Source of the DNA: Marsupella aquatica
Taxonomy: Eukaryota > Plantae > Marchantiophyta
Assembly: GCA_973895155.1 (NCBI GenBank)
Contig: OZ316891.1
Location: 124,001-188,000, forward strand
DNA length: 64,000 nt
Direction: 5' to 3'
Of the stretch, positions 38,776 through 51,227 are shown piece after piece. A model generated the notes under the pieces. The model did no database searches, was not told the origin of the DNA, and saw nothing but the letters and a program-made list of their open reading frames with translations. Position 1 is the stretch's first letter, and each line of letters begins with the position of its first letter. The position numbers and the translations under genes are program-made.

Positions 38776-41700
38776 GTGTTATGTGTCAAGATCAAGACAG
38801 GCAACAACCAAACATTGGTCATCGGACCCGTGGTCTCTGTGGGAATGATAGGAAGAGGAATGAATTCTATCATTGTAGAGGTGTCGGACACGATGAGGTG
38901 GGCAAAGTTGCAACTTCCGTCGAAGGCTTTCTCGGCCGAGTTCAATGTGGATGGTATGCAAGTGGGGAATTAAGTGTGTTGTTGATGGGATTCTTTCCAA
39001 AATCCTACACAAAGGAGAAGATTATTGGAGGACTGAAGGGAATGCTTCCTTTGGACATTTTTTATGGGTTTCTTTATTTGAAACTCAACATTGTAAACAA
39101 CCCATCAAAGTTCTCTCTTCCATCCACATGGACTCTTAACAATTTGCTTGAGAAAGCAGGTCTAGTGTCACCAGACTCAAATGTTTGGATCACCAAGGCA
39201 CTAGCCTTTGCACACACGCTTGACCTGGAAAAAGCAAATCTATGGGTAGAGTCTTTGGTGAAGTTGAGGAAAAGTACACAACCACAGAACATAATTGAGT
39301 CTACGCCAGCCAAAAGAACTCCAGCAACTACGATGGAGACAACACAAACTACTGCAGCAACAACCATGGATAGAGCGGCAGGGAAGCGAAAGCAGAGGGA
39401 GAAGAAGCTTCCGGTTGAGAAACCTACTTCAGTTGAGAAGAAGATCACGGCTCCAGCCAAGAAGAAGTCAAGGGAGAAGAAGAAACAAAAAACCGACACC
39501 GGAGTTGTGAATTCAACTCCTGTAGATTTTTCATTACATGCTGAAGATGAGGGTGATAGGCCACATGCTCCAGAGGAGAAAGACGTCTTAGAAGGGAATG
39601 AAGTTCTTCAACAAATGGAGCAGTACTATACTTTTGGGATAAACGAAATTTTTCTGATCCCAGTTGAAAGTATTTTTGCCGCACCAGCGAGACTATGCTA
39701 TCGGATGATGAATTTTGATCATGTGCAAGACATTGCTGATTCCATGATCAAAACACCTGGGCATGAGCCACATGTCGCTGATTTGATTCCTTTTAACGTC
39801 AAGCGAAGAAAGGTACTCCATTTTGAGAATACGGAGTCGGACCGGAAGGATTTTTTGGCCGGAGTGAAAAAGGGCGAGGTCCAATTTCTAGCCGTTAGTG
39901 GTCAGCACTCTGCGAGAGCTGCGAGATGGATTCGTGATTGGGCAACGAAGGATGCCAAGCTCACCCAGTTGGCCAAGAAGTTAGAATTCAGGAAATCCAT
40001 AATATTGTCTGATCGCACACCGTCTTCAATTCTTGTTGAGCACTCCATGAGATCGAACGCCATCAATAGCACGATGGTGTTTCAGTCTTGCTTTAAAGAT
40101 ACAGTTGTCCATGCGAGGCGGCAGTTTGTTGAATGTGGAAATCCAGACAAACCAAAACATGGCGACAACAAAACAAATGCTCAAGACAACCAAAAATTTC
40201 AGGTAAGAAATGTGATTACTTTGTATGCATTTCTCTACCATAGAGAGTAATTCTATTTTGGATTCGGATGGTCTCAGTCCGACACGATTTGTCAAAGAGT
40301 ATTGGAACTTTTGGAATGTTTAGTACGAGTTTTGTTTTTGATTGAGACCATCCGAATCCAAAACTATTATCGCACATTAGAATCCTTTTTTTCCAACCCT
40401 TGAGTTGGGGATAACTGACTAGCTTTCCTTTTGGATTGTAGGATTGGTTGGCTCTGGCAAGAATGACTATGGGCAGGAAGGACTTGCGAAATGTATACTG
40501 GCTACTTTTTGCGGACAATGATCTTTTTGAGTTGTGGCGGTTAGTCTGTGAGATGTGGTTGCATGGGAAACTTCCTGATGGAGCTGGGATGGAAGGAAAT
40601 AACAAGTCCAAAAAAGCAATTACCATTGCCATGTTTCGTCCCTTTGATGGTGAGTTGATCTCACAGAAAGACATCACAAAAATCCTGACACAAGTGAAGT
40701 CAGGAAAGGCATTGCTGAAGAAAGATGCCACAAATAAATCTGACATACCCTCAATAGAGGAGCTTGCGAAGGATGTGAAAAAAGTGAGGAAGCTCAAGTC
40801 TCTCATTGAAGAGTACTACTTTGGCAAGGATCCAAGGAATTTCCCTTCGGATACCGACTGGAAGAAAGTTGTAGAGGTTCTGCCATTGTTGAGTGTTGAC
40901 GCAGAATTCAAGAGATGCAGAAGAGCGGCTGGTGAAGTTTTTTTGTCAAATCTGTTGAAGCCAAATCATACCAGGGAGAGTGCAATCTTGCCAATAGCTC
41001 TGGTGATGCGCCTTGATGACATTTATTGCCAGAAGTTTGGCGGAGGGACACATTCTCGGAGCCAACCGTGGGTCAGGTTCTTTAGTGACAATCTAATGAA
41101 AATAGTTGATCCACCAGCAATAGAAGAATCATCTCCAACGTGCTCACTTGCCATTGTTGACTTCAGTCGAGATCACCAGAAGCTGTGGATGGAAGCAAAA
41201 GTTTTGGTCTTCTACAATACATTGTGGAGCTACCACAAAATCTTACAATCGTTGTAGCCATAACTGTTCATCCGGGGTCTCTTGCAATGAATGTCCTAAG
41301 CTCACTTCAAAAATTGGGACAAGAGAAATCTCACACGATTCACATTGAGTATGGGAGTTATTCTCGAGAGGATCAACCGCACCCGCTTGATTCATGTTGG
41401 GGAGGCGGAATTGAAGAAGTTATATTCGCAGGAATTTCTTGAGATGAAAATGTCAATTGGAATGATGTTTTCAAACCCAATCACCCAAAGCCAAAATTCT
41501 TTTTTGGTTCAAAAGATACTGATTTTGAGGTCACCAAGATTGACACTGGGAAGGCAAAGGTTGACACAGACGACGTGTCAAAACCCGAAGATCTAAAAAT
41601 GATGCTGACCCCAGAAGAGGCGACCAAGGTTTTGCACATGGCCCCTCGATTTGAGATAGTTGGTGCTCGTGGTGGTTGGGTGAATCCACATGCCAAACCC

Positions 41701-42177
41701 ACGCGGATGATACAGAGGATTATTGAATCCTTGTCAGAAGCTGGAGACTTGATTCTTGATTTTTTCTCGGGTGGTCAAGTGATGAAGACAACATTCTTGG
41801 TGCAACGCGAATGCTTTGTTTATTGTGACTCTCAAGATGAGAGACACTTTGTGGAAGCGTATGCTTCATTCCTTTGTGAGAGGGTCCCCTCAATCAAGGA
41901 AAATTGGGATCCTCGTGGTGGGAGTTCTAGGCATTGGAAACCCACTATTGCGGATGTTTCTGCCAAACATGAATCAGCTGATAATTCTGAAGAAGTGGGC
42001 GCTAAGTCAGTCAAAGATAATGGGGCATCAGAGGTGGCGTATGCAAAGAATTTGGATGACCGTGTAGGTCAAAGTGAAAGCATAGAACCCTACGATGTTG
42101 ATGATAATGTTGGTCTTGCACACGCCCTTCATCAGGTGCAGGTGCCCAAAGTTAGAACTAAGAGAGGCTTCTCTTAG
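38776..42177 (+). pseudogene. ParB/sulfiredoxin-like domain fused to a beta-class N4/N6 DNA-methyltransferase-like domain; intron 40203-40441; probable C-terminal tail at 45471-45682
   Basis: IPVESIFAAP..YRMMNFDHVQDIADSM..QFLAVSGQHSARA (ParB-like); SLAIVDFS, EEVIFAG, NPHAKPTRMIQRIIESLSEAGDLILDFFSGG..QRECF (MTase motif X/I order). Frameshift ~41200 and TGA 41440-41442. Confidence 0.65.
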
Positions 42178-42307
42178 TGCTTGACTCCTTGTAGTGGGCA
42201 TGCCACTCACAATCACCTTCTTATCTCCCTCCTCTTGAACAACCAACCTGCAAACACACCTCCAAGTCTTGTGGCTCCACTCCCACAACAAAAATTGTAA
42301 GGAGTTG

Positions 42308-42325
42308 TCCCCGGCAGCGGCGCCA
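42308..42325 (-). other. tRNA-Asp-type PBS of truncated family B element
   Basis: tccccggcagcggcgcca on plus; 20 nt from the LTR end. Confidence 0.8.
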
Positions 42326-42345
42326 AAAACAAAGGTGGGACTCTA

Positions 42346-45300
42346 TGTCAAACACTTGTCAAGGAGCTTAAGCGGCTTTTCTCCCCAAAAGACTACCTAA
42401 TACCTGCTCCATATCATACCAGGGTCACAAAGGATTGACAAAACTTCTGAAATGTGCCTACAATGACTAATCACTCCATACATAAGTAGTTTCAACTCTC
42501 CACTTCTAGAGAGGTAGTCCCCTTGACTACTTTTGTACTCACACCCTTCCCCTCTCCTCTACTCCCAAGGATCAGCAAGGGGGATCTCCGCTCCAAGCTG
42601 TCACCTTAGAGAAGAGTCTCACACAAACACCCAAGAACCAAAGTACTTTCCTCTTCAAGCTTAAGTCTCCTCAAGACCCTCAAAGTAGTGTTACCCCTCA
42701 ACCTTGCCCCCCCTGGCCTTGGTTTGGGTCCACACATCCCCTTTGAGCTCTAGAGAAGGCTCCTCTATCTAAGGACTCTTCCTCTTGTTCTTACTTCTTG
42801 TTAACACCACACACCAAGCAAAATACTTTCCACCCTCAAGCTATAATCCTCTCTAAGTCTCAAAGTAGTGCTCTACCTTAACCTTGCCTCTTGGCCTTGG
42901 TTTTGTACTAGCACATCCCCTTCAAGCTTAGACCAAGATTACATCATAGCATGGACTCTTCTCTTGCTCTCATATGCTTCAAATGCACTCACACTTAATG
43001 CTCACAATGAAGATTGGCAAGTCTCCTTTTATTGCATCACCTTTACAACAAAAGTTCACTACACATTCTCCACACTAAGCATGGACCACCTCTCCCTTCT
43101 CAAGCTTAGCCCTACCTTGACAAGGTAGAGATTCCACTTAAGAGATGAGACTCCCGGTCCCTAACAAAGGAAAACTTTCTCCTTATATACTATTCTCCTT
43201 CCACACCACACCAAGCTTGACCTGGGGTCCAACTACTCCTCCCCCAAGTCCTCCTAACACACAAAGTGCAACTCTATAGTTTGTAGCTCACTCTACAACC
43301 TATTGCTTGACTCCTTCCAAGCCCTGGAATATGCCACACATGAGTTGCATGCTTTGACCTCCAAACCTGATCTCACTTATGGTCCTCCTCACCAGCTTCC
43401 CAACCCACTTGAAAGCTCGCAAAAAGAGTGAGTGAGTCTCAAGTTGTGTCATGTCAAAGTTGGCTCCTTATTTACTAGTTCTTACTTACTACCCCGACCT
43501 ATCAACTTACTTTCCTTACCCTAACGGTCTTGCACCTTTACCCTCTCTTCTCCATGTATCCTAACTTGGGTGACACGGGTGCAAGAAGTGTCGGCCTAAA
43601 AACCTGGTCTTACTTCCCCCATGCCGACTCCCGTTTGCAAGCTATGGGGACCCCCTTGTGGCCTCCGCTAAAAATATATGAGTGATTATTTTTCTGGGTT
43701 TCCACCTTCACCGAGGGGTGCCTTACCTTCCCCTAACTCAGCACAAAAAAATTTGGGCCCCAACGGATACCCCTAGCTAAAGTTATGCCCATTCTCCCAA
43801 GGCTATTTTTGGTGTAAAGCGGGTGTAAGCGGCGACCCGATTACACTTGAACCTTACACGCCCCTTATGGGGATTTCACGTGTCATGAGGGGAGAGTACT
43901 CTCATTATACTCACATTTCTTATGAAGAAGATTGATAAGGACACCAATTTTTGCAGCATTTTCCTCTCTCTTAAATTCAATCTAAAATGGCAGCATTCTC
44001 TATTGGATCGAATGACAGCAGGTCAATTGATAGCTCAGCAGGTCTACAGCACCCTTCTCAGTCCACCTCCATAGCCATCCAGCCTTGCAAGTGATTCAAA
44101 ATCGCAGCAGAATTTTGCAGCAGCCATAGCCCACCAATTCGCAGCTTGCAGCACAATAGCACAGTAGCAGATTCGAAGCATAGCAACTGATTCGAAGCAC
44201 AGGAGCAGCATCCATAGCTTGATTCCTTCTCAACAACTAGCTCTATTCCAATCACTTAGCCAAGCAGGTCTCTCTTCTCAATTTCGTAGCTGCCCACCTC
44301 TGCAATTTCACAGCTAGCAGCAGCATCCATCAATTCAGCAGCATCAAGGTAGCAGCCAGCCAATTCTCGTGAGTATCTCATGCCTGATTAATAGCAGCAC
44401 CTCTAATCTATTGTGCCGCTGCCATAGCAGCAAGCAGCCTTCCCAATTCAAAGCCAGCCTCCCTATTCCAATCAGCAGCCATAGCTCACAATTCAATTTC
44501 ACAGTAGCAGCTAGGTCAAGTCCTTCTCAGCAGCAGCTAGCTCAATTCAATCCCGCACCTGCCTATTCAGATCAAGAGTGGCCTATTTTGATGAGCACCA
44601 GCCCTTCAATTAGCCCACCTTGTGCATTCCTGCCCATGTCGTGCTTGCCTGACCTCGTGCTAGTCTGGTCGCAGCCACGTCGACACGTTTTGACACTTAG
44701 AAAAATTTTGTTTTCCTCTCAGGAGAAACAGTTATACTGGCCCCTCTTGAAGGCCATTCCATAATTCACTCAAATGTCCAAACATACTTCTGAGCATATT
44801 TCTGGAATCCTTGGACATAGGACTCACTCCTAAATTTATCAAACTCTCTAAATACTCCATAACGACTTTCCTAAAAATACATAAGTTTGACCATATCTAT
44901 TAAAGCGCATTACTATTCCAAATCTTTGTGTTTCCAAAAAGTAACAAAAGGTGACAAATTATTTCTGAGACAATCCAGGGATATTATGGTCTATACTTAA
45001 CTCAATTCTAACCTCGAACCCACAAAATTTACCCCTTGGCTATTTTCTCCGGGGCCCGCTAGTTGGTTATTTTAATTTCTGTCAAAATACTCACAACTCC
45101 TAGGTTGAGACCCCACTTGACTTCATACTTTTTCAGGGTTCCCTAGGGACCTCCCAACACCCATGGGAGAAATATCAGCCAAAAATAAGATGTCAGGTGT
45201 CGGGTCATTTTCCGGTCCCGACTTAGTCGCCTATCCTAACTAAGGGTGGAACATTTATTGCCTACCAAAATCACATTACTTATCCCTTTACATTTGCTTA

Positions 45301-45470
45301 GAACAACACATTTTCTCCCTTCCATGATTTCCTACTAGCCTTTCCTAGTGACTTAGGGTTGTAAACCCTAAGTACTTTGCTAACACTACAACAACTTTCT
45401 TACTATTCCTTGTACAAACAACAAAAAAATTGACAAGTTCCTTGCATACCCTATATTGAGCCGGTCCACA
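42346..45470 (-). mobile_element. Family B 5' LTR (3.1 kb) with PBS and a short leader remnant (~42180-42345)
   Basis: TG...CA ends match solo LTR 51228-53221 in inverted orientation; no second LTR or TSD seen. Confidence 0.8.
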
Positions 45471-45917
45471 GTGGGCCAAATAGAGGCCAAGAAGTTTCAT
45501 TGGATGCTGCTCCATCGATTCTTAACAGGAAGGAGTATAAGAGAGGAGAATTGGGATTGATAACTCCTGTTTGGACGTCACTTTATTGGGTAGAACAAAG
45601 TACTTCAGATGTCAATTTTGAAATCCAAGAGGAGCTGGGTGTTGACATTATTGATGAATACGGATCTCTTTTTTCAGACTGAGATCAAACCGTCTGACTT
45701 TCCATTTTTTCATACCAATCTAAAATACTTCTCGGTCTCACAGAATGCGGTCAGCAATTAGAGCCTCGATATCCACCTACGCTCTTTGGGGCTTCTAAAA
45801 ATGGTATGTAGGTTTTTTTGTTGTTAGTCATTGTCTTGTATTTTTGGACTGAGACAATCTCAGTCCAAAGTTCAAATTTGGTTTTCTTTCTAAGAGTTGT
45901 ATTTGTTGCCCTTGCAG

Positions 45918-46954
45918 AATTGAGACCTTGTCCCATCAAGCGGAAGTTGCTCATTTTGGATCTTAACAAAATACTTTGGGATTCACTTGAATTCCAAAGC
46001 AAGGGCAAATCCAGAAACATTGTGACCCCAAGTGGAGTGCATTGGGATAGATCAAATGGAACTAGTCGCATGTATACAGAGAGGCCAGGGTTCCATGAGT
46101 TTCTAAAGTTGGTTTTTGACCGGTTTGACGTTGCAATTTGGACATGTGCTGGGATGCCGCGGACAGTGAAAATGTTGAACATGATGTTCACTGTTGAGGA
46201 GCGGTTGAAACTGAAGTTTGTATTCACACAGGTGGAAGCCTTTGACACAGGCATTCAAAGGCATGACATTACAAATGGAAAGGCAAATGTGCTATTGAAG
46301 GATTTTCGGGTGGTATAGAGTGCATTTGGAAATCTATATGATGAAACCAACACACTCCTTGTGGATAACTCCCCCTTGAAGGCATTTGCCAACCCAGACA
46401 TGACCGGACTATTTCCAGTGCCCTACACACATGCCAATCGTGGAGACAATTTTCTTCTAACAATTCTTTGGCCATGTCTTGAGAAACTGTCACATGCAAG
46501 TGACATTCGTTGTTATCTTCTCCTAAACTCTCCAAAGTGGTCTCTATTGCACATTAAGAGAGACAAGGAAAAAAATGAGATTACTTATGATCAACTTAGT
46601 AAGAGATGTGCAGCAAAAATTTGGAAGTCACAGTATAGGCATAGTGTGCTGGACCTCAATAGCAATGAGATTCCTTGGGCTATGAAGCACCGTATATGTA
46701 GCTTACGTCCTGAGGTGGAACTTGACGATGCACTTGTCACCTCACTTGCTAGATCATTTGTAGGACGGGAATATTCAGGTCTGTATAGAGAAAATCCCAT
46801 ACACTTTTTGCGGGAGATTATAGCAGTTAGGAACAACACCACCAAATTTCATCTCCCTGAAGATAAAGGGAGTTGCAACCGTGACATTAGGGTAGATAGT
46901 AAAGGAGACAAGGGCACGTGCTCAAATAAATATTGTAAGGAGCACTTTGTTTAG
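45918..46954 (+). pseudogene. FCP1/NIF-family HAD phosphatase-like gene, premature TAG at 46316-46318; small upstream exon 45744-45803
   Basis: KLLILDLNKIL, RPGFHEFLKLVFDRFDVAIWT, LLKDF..V*, ETNTLLVDNSPLKAFANP; the two ORFs are in frame. Confidence 0.85.
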
Positions 46955-47318
46955 AGATCTGACTCATGTTAAGCCCATTAGATAGTAAAAAATGGGTGCC
47001 AGCCCTGGATATTCATTGTAAGTTTGGACACAATTGTATATAATTATTTCACACATTATCAATCAATGGTCCTTGCCTAGGCTTCTTTGTGCGTAAATGT
47101 TTTTACAAGTATGATCTCTATCCCATGGTTCTTTGTGAACTAATAAGTAATATAATACTATTATAATTAATATAATATAATATATTAATATAATACTAAT
47201 CAGATTTGGCCTATAAAGTGTACATTTAGGTATCAAAAAGTGTATATTTGGGCTTCTTAAAGTGTACATTTGGGGACATAAAAGTGTACATTTCAGGACT
47301 GATTTGTGAACAAACGAA

Positions 47319-47344
47319 AATACACTTTTAATGAATAGGCTGAT
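47319..47344 (-). repeat. Right TIR of the Sola-like element
   Basis: aatacacttttaatgaataggctgat followed by TSD cttt. Confidence 0.95.
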
Positions 47345-48375
47345 CTTTGGGATTCCTTTCTGAATACATGATTGATGCTAAGGGAGAGGGAAAACGAACC
47401 TGGGAGTTGGAGGAGATGTTGGCGTTGCAGGCATTGTCTTGGAAGGGGCTACGAAGGAGAAAACTTTGGATTGGTCTGAAATGATGGCCATGCATCATTA
47501 TATATTGGAGAATGAAGAGACAGTGGCTCCATGGTACAGGTACATAAAACCCTAAACCCTCCTATCCTTAAGCACATGGATCATAATTATGCTGCCCCAT
47601 TGTGTTTGTATATTCATGGTGGATCGTGCACTAATGTCTTCAGTGTTGTTGTTGCCATGTAGGATATATGATGCTACCAATGAGACCGTTACCAAACAAA
47701 GAGTGGATTTCTGGAAGGAATGGATGAGGAAGCCTGCCAATCGAAGAAAACTAGTGGAATTTCCCCTTGACTGCCAAGAACTGCCACCTTTCAGGGAATG
47801 GTTTCAAACATTAGTCAATACTGCGCCTGGTGGACGTGGGCTGGTGAGATGTTGGAAAGACCCAGACACTGGACTCTTATATAAAAGTGAGTGGATTGTA
47901 CTGATATGTACTTTTCAGGTGTGTTTGGAAGTTGATATTGTACTTGGAAATGAAATTCATTAAAGTGCTTTGGTGTTGTGTGTTTGTTTAGTGGTTCCAT
48001 CAGGATCTGAAGGCAGATCAGGCCAATTTGACATACTACATTCTAGAGGATCTTCAGGTAATACAAATCTGCTCGTCATGCATATGCAAACTGTGCATTG
48101 CTCAACTTTTCAATGTACATATTTTCTGATTGAATGCATGTGTGTACCCTAAAAGGCGGGGCCTCTGCGATGCGCAAGGATCGAAGGCATGCTAAGAAGA
48201 TGTTTGATAATGCTGCTAAAACATGAAGGAATCAGGGAGACTTGCCCAAACACATTAAAGTGAGTATTGTACTTTTTTTGAATGTAGATTTAGACATAGA
48301 TCCTCTCTGTTATTGCGTGTATAAAACCTGGACTGTGCATAAATTCCAGAGTTATTAATTGACATTGTATGTGAA

Positions 48376-50584
48376 ATGCAGATTTATGACAATGATATTG
48401 ATGATTCTGATCCCAACAAACAATACTGGCTAGAGGAACTTTGTGGCAACGTACTCAGAGTCTTTGATGTATCAAAGCCAAAATGGACTGATCATCCACG
48501 AATTCATACGAACAGTCTGTGGGATAACATGGCAGCTGAGTGGGAGTATGTGGGTGGGGAATTTATTTTGGCAAAATTCCAGAGTCATTGTCGTAGCATA
48601 TTTAAGAGAGAGCGCCATAAAATGCATATTTACTAGAAGAAAGCTTGCAATGAGGATCCAACCAAACCTGGGCCATTTGGTGTTGATCCAAAGAAATGGG
48701 CAGCTTTGGTATCTCATTTCACCAGTCCATCAATGATATCTTTGAGTAAACAGATGACTAATAAAAGAGCACGAGTGCAAGATACCTCTCACTTTGGAAG
48801 AGGAGGGCATGCTGCAGCAGCAAAGAGAATGGTAAACTATCACTATCATTTTCACTATCAATTTTGTCTTGTTTGTGAATCTTGACCATAGTTTATTATG
48901 CTTTAGGACATCAGTTGTAAGGTGTAATGAGATGATATGCAAAATTTGATGTACTATACTTAATAAACATCCTGTAGGTTGGTAACATTCATTAAACTAT
49001 CTAGCATTTGAGACTTTGAAGCTTTCCTTATATGTCCTTCAAAGATTGATAAAAGGACTTGTCACGCAACGGGTCACATCATTTCAGGACTCAAAAGGAC
49101 TCTAAAAAATGCATTTTAGACAATGAAATTTTACCAAAGCATGCATACTAATAGCATAATCTTATATTTCAAAACTTAAATAGTGACAAACACTAAACCT
49201 TTAATATGTACAGGACAAAAATATCAGTAATTTTGGCTTATTTAGGGCCATCAATAACAGGATCCCTTAAAACAGTTGAAAACTTGATGTATCTACATGG
49301 TGAGGTAGGTTACACCATGTAAAATAGTATTGTGGAAAAATTAGACTTAAATGTCTTAAGATAAAATCATGTTGAATCTTTTTCCATGTTACGGAAGTCA
49401 TTTTTCACTAAAAAAGCATGTTTTTGAGTCCTGAAAGTGGTTCCTGCGAGGTACACCAAATTGTGAATGAGGCCAAACATGATGACTACGTGGATGGCAC
49501 ATCACTCCAGTAATGCACAAGTTCCAACATTTGTGCCTAGTCACAGTAAGGTGCCTACAGCTACCAAAGAAGGTAGTAGAAAATGATCTTTTACTTTTCC
49601 AGTGATAATGAAGGTAAAATTCTCTATCATGTATTCACTGTCCATTCAATGTAATTATTGTGGTGTATATATGTCATTGTATGTTTAAAATTTCCAGCCC
49701 ATGGCAGAGTACTAGGTTTTGGGCGGGTCCTTTGCAAAGCGAATAAAAGCTCTACTTTTTTGTTCTGGCCCAATATAGGCATGATTCCCCCGTGTCCTTT
49801 GGACCCAGACTATAATGTTCTTGCATGTTTCTAGTGTGATTATATGTTGTTGGTGTATATATGTTTGTTTATGCATTTCTCTTGTGTGTGTTTGATGACA
49901 GCATCTTTAGGGGAGCCTCTCGTGTCGGCGGGAAGACCAACTGATATAGCCAACAACATTCTGAAGCAAAAAGAATTGGAAGTCAACCTATTGCCATCTA
50001 AGTTGCCCAAAGATGCCATTTCAGATGCCTTTCAGTTGCCTGAGGATAAGTCAATTGAGTTGACACCAGATAAAACCCCAGAATCATCTGAGTTGCCAAA
50101 ATATACTCCTGCTCCAAGTGAGCAGGATGACACTCCATCAACAAGAAGGGGAAAGAAGAAAAGGAAGAAAGGATCTTCAACAAATGCATCACCAGCACAT
50201 AAGAAACCGATTCAATCTCCTAACCCCATTGCAAAGGTAAAAGTGTTCTTTGATTTGAGTGTTCTTAGATTGTATCTTTCAATTTGTGTTTATTGCATTT
50301 TTAACAAAATGTGTTGTTCACATTTCGCAAGAGGAGATTTAGTGAAGATGAAGAGTGTTGTGGACAATTCCATGATAGTGGCAGAAGGTGAGGTGACAGG
50401 GCTGCTAGGAGAAGATAAGTTCCATTGTGCAGATTTTGAAAGCCCTTTCTTGCGAGTGCGTGTGATTGAAGTGTTTCTAGATGTGGCATTGTCATTTGCT
50501 AATGCAGGGGAGAACCAGTCTAAGTTATCTCATGTGAAGGGGATGAATGCCCTATGGAACTCTAGATTGCTCAAGAAACAGTAG
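48376..50584 (+). pseudogene. TnpA-like exons of the outer CACTA with C-terminal DUF8039-like domain
   Basis: WLEELCGNVLRVFDV...WEYVG...IFKRERHKMH parallels 26940..27599; terminal IVAEGEV...LRVRVIEV...ALWN; premature stops. Confidence 0.75.
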
Positions 50585-51227
50585 AAGCAGCCATGGGCCA
50601 AGAAGCATTAGACATGATAGAAGAAGGTTTTGTAGAATGAGAATGACAACTCTGTTTTCTACACACATTCAGAGTTGGTGGTATTTCAGATTGCAGCCCT
50701 TGATATACATCTAATAATATCGTGTAATTATGCTTTTTTTTAATGTCATTTTGCTTCATAAATTTGCATTGAGTTGAATAACTATTGTGTTCAATAACTA
50801 TTATGGGAGTTAAGAATGTATTTTGTATGAATGTTGTCACGTCGTCAGCCTAGGCCTTAACCTGGGCTTCGACTTAGACAGGCACATCCTTCGTCAAAAT
50901 GAGGGTTCGGGCAGGGAGGGAGGCACGAAATGCACCTAACTCACGTAAACTAGCGCTAAGTGCGCCTATGGTCATATACGGACACCTCCTAGGTATGGTT
51001 TGTGTTCCGCCGCCGGAACGTACCTCAGTCGATAGCAGCATCGACCCCGACTTACGGACTTCTAAGCCTTTGTGTTGTCCGCCTTCGATCCGGATTCGAT
51101 AATATGGGTACTCAACCCAGGCTCGCAACCACTTACCCGCAAGCTGCACCCCGTGCACGACTTAAGTAGTGCGTTCGGCCAAGCGTTGGCACCTATACAC
51201 AAGATTAACACATATACACATGCACAA

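Larger units (their letters stand above)
6087..47344 (-). mobile_element. Large Sola1-like DNA transposon (~12.7 kb once nested insertions are removed)
   Basis: Perfect 26-bp TIRs, 4-bp TSD CTTT (6083-6086, 47345-47348), subterminal AAAGTGTACATTT repeats at both ends, transposase with QMDNSAKDNKN and FLMVGHTHEEVDALFS motifs. The boundaries are direct observations; the superfamily is inferred. Confidence 0.85.
5775..50831 (+). mobile_element. Old outer CACTA/EnSpm element (termini not found), split by the Sola-like insertion and later LTR insertions
   Basis: 5775-6086 encodes KSKKLFGLKSHDFHQLMQ*ILPL...KVWDP...KARPEASMAEGYVLDES. Removing 6087-47348 restores ...DESLGFLSEYM...WELEE (DUF4218-like part of TnpD). 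TnpA-like exons follow at 48376-50584. Confidence 0.85.

Noticed and set aside
41105-41120. DPPA as the MTase catalytic motif
   Set aside because: It precedes the strand expected to carry motif IV; SLAIVDFS fits that position better, so activity is not claimed.
44010-44764. Ser/Gln-rich ORFs in LTR B
   Set aside because: Low-complexity GCAGCA-rich LTR sequence without coding hallmarks.
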